Of a stretch of 64,000 nucleotides of DNA, positions 26,005 to 35,812 are shown piece by piece. The stretch covers positions 2,072 to 66,071 of IMG/VR virus record IMGVR_UViG_3300028557_000038. One strand, written 5' to 3'. How positions within the stretch are numbered: position 1 is the stretch's first letter; the number at the start of each line of letters is the position of its first letter. Below the pieces are notes generated by a model. It was not told the DNA's origin. It was given only the letters and a program-made list of their open reading frames with translations, and made no database searches. The translations under genes and the position numbers were made by a program. The DNA is from a virus. Taxonomy: Duplodnaviria; Caudoviricetes.

Positions 26005-26637
26005 TTACTTCTTCCTAGGGAATGCTTTGTCAAACGCCTCTAACGCTTCGTTCTTCTCTTTTGCTTTGGCGCCTTTACTCATCTTACGACGACGAGCACT
26101 CTCTTCATTCTGCTTATTTAAATACCCAAGAGTAAGTTCTGCTGCTGGATTTGGAGTCTTTGTTCCAAATTTGTCTTCTGTGTTTGTAGGAAGAACTTTT
26201 CCTGATCCTGCAGCATAAATTGCAAGTTGTTTCTGCTCAATGCCACGAGACAATCCTTCTGCTAGTGACTTGCGAGAAGCACGTCCACCAACACGATCAG
26301 ATACATCTAGGTATGTCTTCTTGCTTTCTGTGTCTTGCCAAATTCCTTGATGAACGTTTGCACTCTCTGCAGGAGTTGCTGCACGAGCCTGCATCCAACC
26401 AGTTGGTACAACTTTTTCAGCAACACCTTTTATGTCACTAAAATGTTCACGTACTGTGTGAGTATCTGCTAAACCGCCAACTGTCTCTTTGCTTCCGCCC
26501 ATGTGAACAGGAACTCGTGGGTCACGGGATACGTAGTACCCAGATCCTTTACCTTGTTTTCCTGTCGCAATTTCACGGGAGCCACCTAGAAGGTGCGAGA
26601 ATTGAGCATCACTTAAAACAGGACGGTTATCGCTCAT
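26005..26637 (-). CDS. Hypothetical protein with LSDAQF tag
   Basis: 210 aa; QGIWQD...TYLDVS...QLAIY. Confidence 0.7.
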   Translation of the reverse strand: MSDNRPVLSDAQFSHLLGGSREIATGKQGKGSGYYVSRDPRVPVHMGGSKETVGGLADTHTVREHFSDIKGVAEKVVPTGWMQARAATPAESANVHQGIWQDTESKKTYLDVSDRVGGRASRKSLAEGLSRGIEQKQLAIYAAGSGKVLPTNTEDKFGTKTPNPAAELTLGYLNKQNEESARRRKMSKGAKAKEKNEALEAFDKAFPRKK

Positions 26638-26879
26638 TCGTTTCTACCTGCACCCTTATCAGATCGAGGCAAGGCAGAAGATGTTCCAGTATCATCCCAG
26701 TTAAAGGTTGTTCCTCTAGTCTTAGATGAATACGCTAAAGGTCCGCCCTTACCCAAGGACTGATTACGCCACGCAGTTGCCTGTGCCGCACTTCCAGTTG
26801 TTGCTGCACTTAATGACAGCGGAGGTGTGATGTCTGGTTGTACTGGCTGGAACTGACTCGCTGATAGTGAGTCACTCAT
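26634..26879 (-). CDS. Hypothetical protein with MSDSLSASQF tag
   Basis: ORF track. Confidence 0.6.
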   Translation of the reverse strand: MSDSLSASQFQPVQPDITPPLSLSAATTGSAAQATAWRNQSLGKGGPLAYSSKTRGTTFNWDDTGTSSALPRSDKGAGRNE

Positions 26880-26880
26880 T

Positions 26881-27297
26881 TTAGTAGGTGCTATCTACGC
26901 CACTGTTAAAGTTAGGTGCTTGTCTTCCCATAACTGAAGGAACGATTCGAGCATTTGCCATTGTCGCTCCTGCTTCGCTGTTAATGGGTGCAGGCATCTT
27001 TGCAGTAATACGGTGCTGTGCACCCTTACGCTCAACGTTCTGACGATTTGCTTTGTTCATGATTGTTGGATCGCCAGCCTGTGTGTTCTTCTTAGGCATT
27101 AACTTTCCAGCAAGCGGTGTCGCACTTGGTGCAGTGAACGCACCTGCTGCGCTACCCATGTATGCTCGTGCGCCTGTTGCCACGATCTGCTCTGGTGTTG
27201 GGTTAGAATTCATTCGCTTACCTACCGATTCATGATGGTTTGAAGGTGCGCCCATGCGACGACGCATTGCGTGACCCATATCTGTCCAATTTGCCAT
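26881..27297 (-). CDS. Hypothetical low-complexity protein
   Basis: AAGGAG RBS. Confidence 0.65.
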   Translation of the reverse strand: MANWTDMGHAMRRRMGAPSNHHESVGKRMNSNPTPEQIVATGARAYMGSAAGAFTAPSATPLAGKLMPKKNTQAGDPTIMNKANRQNVERKGAQHRITAKMPAPINSEAGATMANARIVPSVMGRQAPNFNSGVDSTY

Positions 27298-27334
27298 AGT
27301 GACTCCTTAGTCTTGTTCTAAGGATAAGGCTGTT

Positions 27335-27628
27335 TTAGTTGGCTGTAATGGCAAAAACAATTGCTGAGATCTCACCATCACGAGATTCAATAGTGGTAAA
27401 TCCTGGGATACAGGATAGATCCATGCCACGAGGGGCTACATAGCCTCTGGCGATTGCGATTGCTTTAACTGCCTGATTTACCGCTCCTGCGCCTACGGCA
27501 CGGAGTTTTACTTCCTTCTTGTCGTAAATTGCGTGAGCAATTGCTGAGGCAACGCTCTGAGGGTTTGAAGAAGCGCTGACACGTAGGAACGGTTCGTCAG
27601 CAGAAATAGGTGAAATTGATTCTGTCAC
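27335..27628 (-). CDS. spoVS: SpoVS-family (Alba-like) protein
   Basis: LRVSASSNPQSVASAIA...AVGAGAVNQAVKAIAIARGYVAPRGMDLSCIPGF closely follows Bacillus SpoVS; GTG at 27628. Confidence 0.9.
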   Translation of the reverse strand: MTESISPISADEPFLRVSASSNPQSVASAIAHAIYDKKEVKLRAVGAGAVNQAVKAIAIARGYVAPRGMDLSCIPGFTTIESRDGEISAIVFAITAN

Positions 27629-27682
27629 AGTTATTAGTCCTTTGGTTCGAGTTAGTGTGCCGCTCCTAACCAAAGGGTAAGG

Positions 27683-28285
27683 CTAAAGTCGTGGTTGGTC
27701 TCGGTATTTAGGGTCCTCAATTTGTTTGGCTACTGCCTTCTCGATTTCATCATTCGCAGTTTTTCCAGCAAGCCTTCCTAGAGCGTAGGCATCTGCGGCA
27801 TTGTCATCATTGAACTCGATGCCCCACCTCTTGTAGATCTGCATCAACATCTCTTGTTTTTTGGCGTTTCCTTTACCTGCTGCATACTTTTTAAGTGTCA
27901 TTGGTGGAATCTTTAATGGGTAGCGACAATTCTCATCCTCTCCAAAGTAATCGTAAATTGCCATCTTAACCACTGCTGCTAGTTCACCTAACACAAGAGC
28001 AGAATGACTGGCAAGGACTGACCCTTCCATAGCAATGTCTACAATCCCATGGCCCTCTGAAACATAGTCAAAGGTATCTATCAACCACTGACGAATGTCT
28101 GCTAGTCGTTCAATACCAAAGTAAGGTGACTTGTATACCCATGTGATGTGCTTTTCTGGTTCTGCAATACTTACTGCAGACAAAGCAAACCCCGTTAACG
28201 ATTGGTCAATACCAATCGCAACGAGGACTTGCTCTTCTGTTAAACCGCCATCAAATAATTTTGTTGGCACGGAGGTTTCTTTCAT
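27683..28285 (-). CDS. RuvC-like Holliday junction resolvase
   Basis: IGIDQSLTGF, IAMEG, LKKYAAGKGNAKK, DDNAADAYAL. Confidence 0.85.
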   Translation of the reverse strand: MKETSVPTKLFDGGLTEEQVLVAIGIDQSLTGFALSAVSIAEPEKHITWVYKSPYFGIERLADIRQWLIDTFDYVSEGHGIVDIAMEGSVLASHSALVLGELAAVVKMAIYDYFGEDENCRYPLKIPPMTLKKYAAGKGNAKKQEMLMQIYKRWGIEFNDDNAADAYALGRLAGKTANDEIEKAVAKQIEDPKYRDQPRL

Positions 28286-28547
28286 CTATGACCATCTCAA
28301 TGGTCCCAAGATAACCCGCCCCGTCAGTCAAGTTATCTCTCTTATGCATGTATGACTCTCGTGCAATTTTTACCCATGCCATGGCTAATCCCACTTGTTC
28401 TTCAGTAATATCAATATCGAAAATAACTTCCCAACCCTTTTTAATTCGGTTGAAGTTATCAAGAGGATGATCGTACGTATAGTTACGATCACCAGTGATT
28501 AGACTCTGCGCTTCTTCAAGCACAGTAGGCTTATGGGAGTCGGACAT
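28251..28547 (-). CDS. DUF6378-like protein
   Basis: LEEAQSLITGDR..Y.HP.DNF.RI...W...VKIAR...DNLTDGAGY. Confidence 0.75.
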   Translation of the reverse strand: MSDSHKPTVLEEAQSLITGDRNYTYDHPLDNFNRIKKGWEVIFDIDITEEQVGLAMAWVKIARESYMHKRDNLTDGAGYLGTIEMVIDERNLRANKII

Positions 28548-29424
28548 ATTTTCCTGTCTGGAATTCGTTCTTAGTATCAACGGTTGTTGCCATCAATCCG
28601 TTAAATGTTTCATCAAAGGTTGCTTTTCTATTCAGTAACCACCAACCAGCCATTGCTGCGGTTGCTCCTGATGTTCCTGCTGTGAATCTTAATGTTCCAT
28701 TAAGTTGCATAGCATTCCAACGACCATTCAAGAAGAAGTCAGTCTGTCCTTGTGCTCCGTTGCTATAACGTGCAATGTAGGGAGATGCATCTTTATCGTA
28801 TTCAATTGCGCCTCTTCCTGGATTATCTGTAGCACCTATTGAGACAGTGTCTGTCAAACATGCGGGTGCATGTGTAGCAGTACGGTTACCGTTGTTACCA
28901 ACAGCAGCAACTACTGGAACGTTGGCTGCTTTAAGGGCTGCAATATTTTCTGCTAATCCTGCTGGAACTTTGCAGTTTGCAAAAATGGCTCCTTGAGAGA
29001 TACTGACAACTGCAATGTTGTGCGTAACTCTATTAGCAACAACCCAATTAAGAGCGTTGTTGACATCTGATAGAGAGTAGAAACCTTGGTTACCCGCAGG
29101 AGTCATTCCAACAATACGGATAGGAATAACTTTTGCTGATGGATTAACACGAAGAACTAAAGAGACCATCTGTGTTCCATGGCTGAAGTTCCTGTCTTTT
29201 GTTGCTGGAAGGTTTGCAGCACCTGATCCTTCCATCATCTGCTTTCCATTTGGACACTTGTACGAAGACAAGATACAAACCTCGTAAGAGATGCTGTCCT
29301 TAAATAGAGAGGTGTTAGTGCCAGTGTCAATAACAACAACTGCTGGTGGTACCTCTGCGTGTACTGGTACCGCTGTGGTACCGAGTACCGCAATTGATAT
29401 AAGTAATGTAAGTAATTTTTTCAT
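28531..29424 (-). CDS. Secreted subtilisin-like S8 peptidase
   Basis: Signal peptide; triad VIDTG, HGTQM, GTSGAT; oxyanion AVGN. Confidence 0.85.
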   Translation of the reverse strand: MKKLLTLLISIAVLGTTAVPVHAEVPPAVVVIDTGTNTSLFKDSISYEVCILSSYKCPNGKQMMEGSGAANLPATKDRNFSHGTQMVSLVLRVNPSAKVIPIRIVGMTPAGNQGFYSLSDVNNALNWVVANRVTHNIAVVSISQGAIFANCKVPAGLAENIAALKAANVPVVAAVGNNGNRTATHAPACLTDTVSIGATDNPGRGAIEYDKDASPYIARYSNGAQGQTDFFLNGRWNAMQLNGTLRFTAGTSGATAAMAGWWLLNRKATFDETFNGLMATTVDTKNEFQTGKYVRLP

Positions 29425-29912
29425 GTGTTGAACTTATCCTTTCGTCCCGTTCGTACGTCATTAGTTCGACGAGTGATTTCTCTGGATACCAACGCCACAT
29501 CACGTTCAAAGTTGTTGTACACAACCTCTAACATCTTGCGGTACGCATAGGCACTCATATAACGCTCCTCCACGTCCATAAAGTCTGGATCAGCCATCAC
29601 CTGAGCCTTCATCATGGTCACCCGTTCACCCTTAACCTTACTGGTGTCTTTCATAATCAGCAACTTTGCTTCCAGCATGTCCCTACGCTTTTCAAGCACC
29701 TTCTCGTCTACCTGTGATGCGGCTAACTGTCCCGCTACGAAGTTAGACCAGGCTGTTAAGCGTGTGAATAGGGCACTGAGTTCGTCACTCTCTAGCAGGG
29801 AGATATCCTTAGGCATAGGCGGCTGCTTGTCTTGCTCAGGCCACAGGTTGATATTCTGCGCCTTCATCTTCTCTACAGCCTGCTTTGATCCATCACCTAG
29901 GTTTAACATCAT
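29421..29912 (-). CDS. Helical protein, possibly UvsY-like recombination mediator
   Basis: Coiled-coil in recombination cluster near RecA. Confidence 0.35.
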   Translation of the reverse strand: MMLNLGDGSKQAVEKMKAQNINLWPEQDKQPPMPKDISLLESDELSALFTRLTAWSNFVAGQLAASQVDEKVLEKRRDMLEAKLLIMKDTSKVKGERVTMMKAQVMADPDFMDVEERYMSAYAYRKMLEVVYNNFERDVALVSREITRRTNDVRTGRKDKFNT

Positions 29913-30754
29913 TCCTCAATCTGATTGCACTGCTTGCAACCGTCTTCGCTCACATTACAGTCAGGCATTACTCCAGCCTCGACTGCCTTAATGATTTTCT
30001 CTGCCTTAAAGAAGATCCGATCAACAACTTCGTAGTCAGCCTTGATAGTGAACTCTTTGTACGCCTGGTTAGACTTCAACTCATACAGAAAGACGATCTC
30101 CTTAGGAGCAACATCTCCAAACATACGACGAGCCAACTCCAGGTACATCTGTCCCTGCAATAGGTGGCCTCTGAATGGACGACGAATATTCTTCCACGCT
30201 TTATTAAGATCACCATCTGCATCATACAAAATATCTGGTGCTTCAAATCTCAGCGTTCCTTCACCGATTGATTTGATCTCGATCAAGAAGTCATCACCTA
30301 GATTCTTTACCCAGCCATCGGTGTGTCCAGCAATACGTAACTCAGGATCTAGCATCTTTACTTCGTCATACTTTAAAGTCTTGCAGTCACAGTGCTGACA
30401 CTTCTCAGGAGATAGTCCAGAGGTAATGCCGTTGCAGTTTACGCACTTGAAGTCTCCCCACAGATTACCCATCTCATAGATGCGGTTCTGCCACTTCTCA
30501 TGGATGAAGTGACCCTCATCAAAGATGTTCTGCAGTGTTAGACCAGGGTTCTTTTCCATATTCTTGCCACCAGTAAGTAGGTAGTAAGAGTACCGATGAC
30601 AGAAGTCTGCCTTGATCATCTCTGAAGGGTGAAGAACAGTAGTGCTTCGATCTCCTGGAGCCTTCTTCATAAGGTGTCGTTCAATATGACCAGTAAGACG
30701 ACTGTCTGTCTTCTTAGTGTCTAAGTACTTTTGAAAGTCTGTCTTGGAAGGCAT
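29909..30754 (-). CDS. Cas4-like PD-(D/E)XK exonuclease
   Basis: GHTDG...LIEIKS...Q.QMY plus N- and C-terminal Cys. Confidence 0.8.
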   Translation of the reverse strand: MPSKTDFQKYLDTKKTDSRLTGHIERHLMKKAPGDRSTTVLHPSEMIKADFCHRYSYYLLTGGKNMEKNPGLTLQNIFDEGHFIHEKWQNRIYEMGNLWGDFKCVNCNGITSGLSPEKCQHCDCKTLKYDEVKMLDPELRIAGHTDGWVKNLGDDFLIEIKSIGEGTLRFEAPDILYDADGDLNKAWKNIRRPFRGHLLQGQMYLELARRMFGDVAPKEIVFLYELKSNQAYKEFTIKADYEVVDRIFFKAEKIIKAVEAGVMPDCNVSEDGCKQCNQIEE

Positions 30755-31095
30755 TAGTATTCCTTGTCTATACTGAAAATAAACTCTTCTAGTGTGTGGG
30801 TTGTCTTCTTAGTCTTCTTAAGTTTTTGCCACTTTCTCATTAAGGCGTTTCGTTCTCGGTGGCTGAGTCCTCCCCAAATTCCATGAGGCTCGTCTCGTCT
30901 AACTGCATCCCATAGACACTCTGCTCGTACTGGACAAGGGTTCTTTCCTGTTTCACCAAAACAGAATGCTTTTGCTGTGTTAGCGATCTCTTTGTACTGC
31001 TCCTTGTCACGAGGAGGGTAGAAGATATCTGTGTCTTGGCCTGAACATCGTGCTTTGTATCGCCATGCGTACTCTGGTTCATCAAAGTCTTCCAT
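30754..31095 (-). CDS. whiB: WhiB-family transcription factor
   Basis: WRYKARC...IFYP...AKAFC...CPVRAECL..A...HGIWGGLS. Confidence 0.9.
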   Translation of the reverse strand: MEDFDEPEYAWRYKARCSGQDTDIFYPPRDKEQYKEIANTAKAFCFGETGKNPCPVRAECLWDAVRRDEPHGIWGGLSHRERNALMRKWQKLKKTKKTTHTLEEFIFSIDKEY

Positions 31096-31408
31096 GGTTG
31101 TCTAGGTTCTCTCTCATCTCTAAGAAGTCGTCTTCAAGAAGAATCACGTAGTTCACTCCATCAAGGTGAAGACCAAACACTGGCATTCGTCCATCAAGGA
31201 TTGCTTCTGTAGTTATCTTCTTTAGTTCGTCTGATTTAATGGTTTTGGTTTTCTTGCCTGTCCACTTGTGCTCAATAAGTAAGTCACTTGAGCGTACATC
31301 ACCTTTGCGAGACCAGAATGCTCCAGAGGCAGCGTTAGTAGACCCACCAACTTTCTTAGCGAGTCTCTTCTCATGCTTCTGAGATTGCTTCTGACCTTCA
31401 GTCTTCAA
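31082..31408 (-). CDS. Hjc-like PD-(D/E)XK resolvase
   Basis: HEKRLAK...SGA...KGDV...LIEHK. Confidence 0.7.
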   Translation of the reverse strand: MKTEGQKQSQKHEKRLAKKVGGSTNAASGAFWSRKGDVRSSDLLIEHKWTGKKTKTIKSDELKKITTEAILDGRMPVFGLHLDGVNYVILLEDDFLEMRENLDNHGRL

Positions 31409-31640
31409 GTTCTATTTTGCCTTCCTCGTAACCTTCGATCAAACGAGGTACTAAGAAGAACAATGCCTCTCTCCAGAAACAGGTGCCACAACCACAGAAT
31501 GGTTCCCCTGATAATGTCTCAGGGATTTCATCCTCTGTGCCATCCCACACTGCTTCAAACAACATGTCGGTGTAATCCTCGACGCCCTTCTCCAGTACCT
31601 GTGCCCAGCCTTCGTCGTTTACAACAAACTTCTTAGTCAT
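31398..31640 (-). CDS. Hypothetical protein
   Basis: FCGCGTC motif; GGAGG RBS. Confidence 0.6.
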   Translation of the reverse strand: MTKKFVVNDEGWAQVLEKGVEDYTDMLFEAVWDGTEDEIPETLSGEPFCGCGTCFWREALFFLVPRLIEGYEEGKIELED

Positions 31641-32679
31641 CGCTTTCCTCCGCCATTGGTAGGTCTGATGTTTCAAATACTAACTTTTGAATCTGTTCTT
31701 TTAAGTCAACTTCTTCACGAATACTTGCAATGACTGGATCAATACCTTGCCACTTGCGCTCACCAAAGTAGTACCATCCGCCCTTACGTTGGATGATCTC
31801 CTTTACAACTGCAAGTGATGCAACTTCTTTTGCAAAGTCGTACTCACCTGCAGCACAGTCGCCACCTTCTGCAAAGTAAAAATCAAAGTATGCAACACGT
31901 TGTGGTGGTGCAGTTTTGTTTTTCAGTGTACGAACTTTGATGCGTTGTCCAACACGGTTCTTATTACCGCTAGGACCAATCTCAATCCACTCATCACGAC
32001 GGATCTCACAACGAGTAAAGAATGCATAGTTCTTTCCCTCACCACCAGGAGTGGTACGAGGATCTCCATGCATCACACCGATCTTCATGCGGTACTGATT
32101 GATGATGAGACCGAGCACTGGACGTTCATCTTCAACCAGACTGCGCTTGATTGCAGAACCAACTACACGAAAGAACTTGTTGGTTAGGAGTGCTCCCCTT
32201 CCAACAGTCATTTCATTCATGTCCTTCTCCATTTCGGGGGCAGGTGAAAGGGCAGGAAGGGAGTCAATAACAATGGCATCTACTGACTTTGATTCTGCGA
32301 ACTCTATAACGGCTTGATAAGCCTCTTCCATAATGTTTGTTTCAATCACGATTACACGGCTAGTGTCAACGCCGCACATCTCTGCATACTCTGGAACCCA
32401 CTGCTCTGCAGCAACCCAGACTGTTGTGTGATCTGCTTTTAACGCTTGGTTTGCTGCGATCGTTTTAAGCGCAACCGCTGTCTTGCCATGTGATGGTTCG
32501 CCAATGAGTTCATTCCATTGATTGCCAGGGAAGCCACCACCCAACACATAGTCAAGAGTGGTAGAACCACTAGTAATACGAGGAATAAGATCAGACCGAA
32601 TGTCAGATGCAATAACCACCACATTGTTGCCAAACTTCTTGTTAAGGGTTGCAACAATCTTGCGTGCTTCATCATTCAT
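31633..32679 (-). CDS. recA: RecA/UvsX recombinase
   Basis: GEPSHGKT, IVIDS, INQYRMKIGVMHGDPRTTPGG, KNKTAPP. Confidence 0.95.
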   Translation of the reverse strand: MNDEARKIVATLNKKFGNNVVVIASDIRSDLIPRITSGSTTLDYVLGGGFPGNQWNELIGEPSHGKTAVALKTIAANQALKADHTTVWVAAEQWVPEYAEMCGVDTSRVIVIETNIMEEAYQAVIEFAESKSVDAIVIDSLPALSPAPEMEKDMNEMTVGRGALLTNKFFRVVGSAIKRSLVEDERPVLGLIINQYRMKIGVMHGDPRTTPGGEGKNYAFFTRCEIRRDEWIEIGPSGNKNRVGQRIKVRTLKNKTAPPQRVAYFDFYFAEGGDCAAGEYDFAKEVASLAVVKEIIQRKGGWYYFGERKWQGIDPVIASIREEVDLKEQIQKLVFETSDLPMAEESDD

Positions 32680-33069
32680 TTAGTCTACTCTCCCGATAAT
32701 CCCTTGAGGGTTCCAATTGCTTTGAACATCATTTCCGATTGCACCTTTTGCAGCACCTTCAACCTTTGCGCCAGTTAATGACCCGTAACGACTTCCTGAT
32801 TGACTGATTGGATAACCACAGTCATAGCAACGAGGCGTTGCGTTTTGTACAGCCAGATAGTTAGTGCCACCACACTCTGGACACGAAGCAGTCTGTGATG
32901 CACTCTGTGCTCGTGAAACAGGTTGCTGCGGTTGTTGAAACTGAGTCATAGGTTGTTGCGAGGGTGGCATTGGGTTATTCATTTGCCGAGGCGGTGCTAC
33001 AGGGACCTGTTGTTGTGGTGCCTGTGGTTGTGCACCTAGTTGCTTTGCCCACCAGTCTGCATTACTCAC
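32680..33069 (-). CDS. Q/P-rich zinc-ribbon protein
   Basis: CPECG...CYDCG. Confidence 0.65.
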   Translation of the reverse strand: MSNADWWAKQLGAQPQAPQQQVPVAPPRQMNNPMPPSQQPMTQFQQPQQPVSRAQSASQTASCPECGGTNYLAVQNATPRCYDCGYPISQSGSRYGSLTGAKVEGAAKGAIGNDVQSNWNPQGIIGRVD

Positions 33070-35069
33070 TTTGCTTCTCCCCACTTGTTAACGATCTTCA
33101 CATCTGCAATAAGAGGAACTATAATCTCTGGTAGGTGAATACCTTCCATCGACACACGGATTGCTTCGGCAACCTCATCTGCTAGATCTTCACGGGCAAC
33201 AGTAACTAGTTCATCGTGGATAGTCAAAACAACATTCGCATTTGGTTCATCCGTAAAACAAGAATGTGCCCTGACAATCGCTAATTTCATTAAATCTGCA
33301 GCAGAACCTTGAATAACTGTATTAAATGCCTGACGATCTGCTCGTGACTTAAGGCCTCGTTCATTGCTTTTTAACTCTGGGATGTAGCGACGTCGACCAA
33401 AGATAGTCTCCACGTATGGTATAGGAGCCTTGCCAGTTGCCTGTCGAATTACTTTAGCCTTGTACTTAGAGATGTCATGGAACTGTGATTCAAATTTAAC
33501 CAACAAATCTTTAGCATCTGTAACAGAACAGCCAATGCTTTGTGCAATCTTCTCTGGACCAACTCCATAAGCAATCGATAGAACCAATACCTTTCCAGCC
33601 TTACGATCTACTTTCATGGTGTCACCAATAGTGGTATAGATATCTCCACCAGTTCTGTAGTTCTCTACCATGATTGGATCACCTGAGAAGGATGCAATAA
33701 TGCGTGGTTCAATCTGTGAGTAGTCAGCCACAATTAACTTGTGTCCAGGTGGTGCAATGAAGAGATTACGGATTAGTTTTCCATACTCACCACTACTAGG
33801 AATGTTTTGTAGATTAGGGTCACTACTGGAGAAACGCCCTGTCTCTGCTCCATGGGCTTTAAAGTTTGTGTGTACCTTGCCGTTAATCATGAGGCTCTTC
33901 TTATCAACAATTTTCTCTTTACCCATAGTAGTACGAGTAATCTCTCCACCTAGGTAAGGCATTACATACGTTGTCATTAATTTATTTAGGTCTTGATACT
34001 CTAAAATTGCATCGACTAGTTCATCTTTCTTGCGGTAGAACTCCAATGCATCCGAGGATACTGAGTAATGATGAATAGTTAACTTCTCTGGAGTGTTTGC
34101 AGCAACTTCCTGTCCCTTCGCAGTCAATGCAATTCGGATACGAAGGTTAGGCTTAATACCTCGACCGCCCTCTTCCTTAGACGAGAACAACAACTCCTGC
34201 TTCTCTTTTACAGAGTTCATAGAGAAAGGCTTTCCAGTTAACTTCCAGGCTTTTGCTCGTGCAAGATCGATGTCCTTCTCAAGACGTGCCTTTAATAAAA
34301 CCAGTTCATCTACATCGATGTTGGCTCCTGCTAACTCCATGTCACAGAGAGCAGCAACAACATCCATCTCTAAAGCCCATACACGCTTAAGACTTCCCTC
34401 AAACCGTGGCTCTAATGCCTTGTACAACTTCCATGTCACCTCTGAGTCAAAGCCAGAGTAGTAGGCAACATCGCTGAAGGAGTGAACCTCAACCATTGCC
34501 CCAATGCCTTTTTCAACCTTAACCTTTAGAGTACGTTCTGCACAAGCAGCAAGGCCTAGCATGTTCTTATTACGGTTATCGATAATAAAGGATGCCATCA
34601 TGGTGTCAAAGAACGGCTTCTTAGGGACTTCTCCACGGTAATACTTAGCGATTGACTTCAAGTCAAACTTTACGTTGTGACCAATCTTTAACTTGTCACT
34701 AAAAAACAAAGGCTTTAATGCTTTGAATACATCCCCAGGGAGTAACTGTGCTGGTGGCGCATCAAACACTGGAACCCACTTCGCTTCGTTCTTTGAGTAG
34801 TCTGCATCCTTCAACTCTTTACCTGCAGCAAGTTTACGTTGACCACTGAGTAGTAGTTCTTTGTCCCAACGAAGGAACTCACCATTCGGGTGTCCCATGG
34901 GAATAACATCAGTGCGACCTTCTGTCGCTAGTGAGATCCACATGACGTCGTTAACTACAGGTTGAATTCTGTTTTCACCAACTGTTTCGCAATCAAATGC
35001 AAACGCATCTACCTTGGAGTAAAACTCAACAAGATCTTTTAACTGTTCTTTTGTTGTAATGATATTCAT
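33066..35069 (-). CDS. polA: Family A DNA polymerase with 3'-5' exonuclease
   Basis: FDCET, HNVKFD, TGRFSSSDPNLQNIP, ADYSQIEPR, IQGSAAD, IHDEL. Confidence 0.95.
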   Translation of the reverse strand: MNIITTKEQLKDLVEFYSKVDAFAFDCETVGENRIQPVVNDVMWISLATEGRTDVIPMGHPNGEFLRWDKELLLSGQRKLAAGKELKDADYSKNEAKWVPVFDAPPAQLLPGDVFKALKPLFFSDKLKIGHNVKFDLKSIAKYYRGEVPKKPFFDTMMASFIIDNRNKNMLGLAACAERTLKVKVEKGIGAMVEVHSFSDVAYYSGFDSEVTWKLYKALEPRFEGSLKRVWALEMDVVAALCDMELAGANIDVDELVLLKARLEKDIDLARAKAWKLTGKPFSMNSVKEKQELLFSSKEEGGRGIKPNLRIRIALTAKGQEVAANTPEKLTIHHYSVSSDALEFYRKKDELVDAILEYQDLNKLMTTYVMPYLGGEITRTTMGKEKIVDKKSLMINGKVHTNFKAHGAETGRFSSSDPNLQNIPSSGEYGKLIRNLFIAPPGHKLIVADYSQIEPRIIASFSGDPIMVENYRTGGDIYTTIGDTMKVDRKAGKVLVLSIAYGVGPEKIAQSIGCSVTDAKDLLVKFESQFHDISKYKAKVIRQATGKAPIPYVETIFGRRRYIPELKSNERGLKSRADRQAFNTVIQGSAADLMKLAIVRAHSCFTDEPNANVVLTIHDELVTVAREDLADEVAEAIRVSMEGIHLPEIIVPLIADVKIVNKWGEAK

Positions 35070-35141
35070 GATCCCTCAATCTGTAAGGAGAAGGAGCCTG
35101 GAAACGGAAAGTAAACAGGCCCCTTCTCTGTGGAAGTACAG

Positions 35142-35789
35142 TTACGCTACAGAGCGAGCAACCTCAAGCATTTCGGAGCGAGGGGTCTCCCTAATTACTT
35201 CTGCTGTGAACGGTACAGCGGCTGCTACAGTCTCTGCAACAGCGTCACTGCTTAACTTCCATTCCTCTGCTAGATCGCGGCCACGCACAAAATTGAGGGT
35301 ATACTGTGTCGTTGGTCCCATACCTAACCGAGAAATTTCCCAGAACTCTTTATCAAGAGGTCCCTTGCGCTCATCATCATGCGCCTTCTTAATCTGGCGA
35401 GCAAGTGATGGTGGTGCTGTAAGAATCTGAACGCCCTGTGTCTCACCACTGAGAACAAGAACATTGAATGCGAACTTTCCACGAGGCTTGTCGCCTAGTA
35501 CGTCGCATAGTGGGCAGTTGTCGCCCAAGCAAACAAAGGACTTCTTACCCTTAGGGCGTTCGATCCAGTGTTGTTCGTATGAAGCAAATGGACGATCTTC
35601 GAGGAACTTTACAAGTTGTGGTTCTTCGGAGAATCGGAAGTCAGTTGGAAAATCTCCATCTGTCTTTGTGACGAGAGCATCGATTGCATCCCATCCCTGT
35701 TGTACGGTTGTTCCTACTTTAGGAACTGCAGTTTCGCTATCCTCGTCAAGGTATGCATCTGCATCTACTTGTGGCTTTGTAATTGGCAT
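35142..35789 (-). CDS. Single-stranded DNA-binding protein (gp32-like)
   Basis: VKFL...YEQHWI...CLGDNCPLC...GPTTQY; next to polymerase. Confidence 0.65.
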   Translation of the reverse strand: MPITKPQVDADAYLDEDSETAVPKVGTTVQQGWDAIDALVTKTDGDFPTDFRFSEEPQLVKFLEDRPFASYEQHWIERPKGKKSFVCLGDNCPLCDVLGDKPRGKFAFNVLVLSGETQGVQILTAPPSLARQIKKAHDDERKGPLDKEFWEISRLGMGPTTQYTLNFVRGRDLAEEWKLSSDAVAETVAAAVPFTAEVIRETPRSEMLEVARSVA

Positions 35790-35812
35790 TTGTTTCTTTC
35801 TGGTAATGAGGC

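Noticed and set aside
29909-30754. CRISPR-Cas system suggested by the Cas4-like gene
   Set aside because: No repeat-spacer array or other cas genes; stand-alone Cas4-like nucleases are common in phage recombination modules.
35088-35128. Hairpin between SSB and polymerase as a terminator
   Set aside because: Stem is present (GAGAAGG..GCCTG/CAGGC..CCTTCTC) but with a large loop and no clear U-tract; function unsupported.
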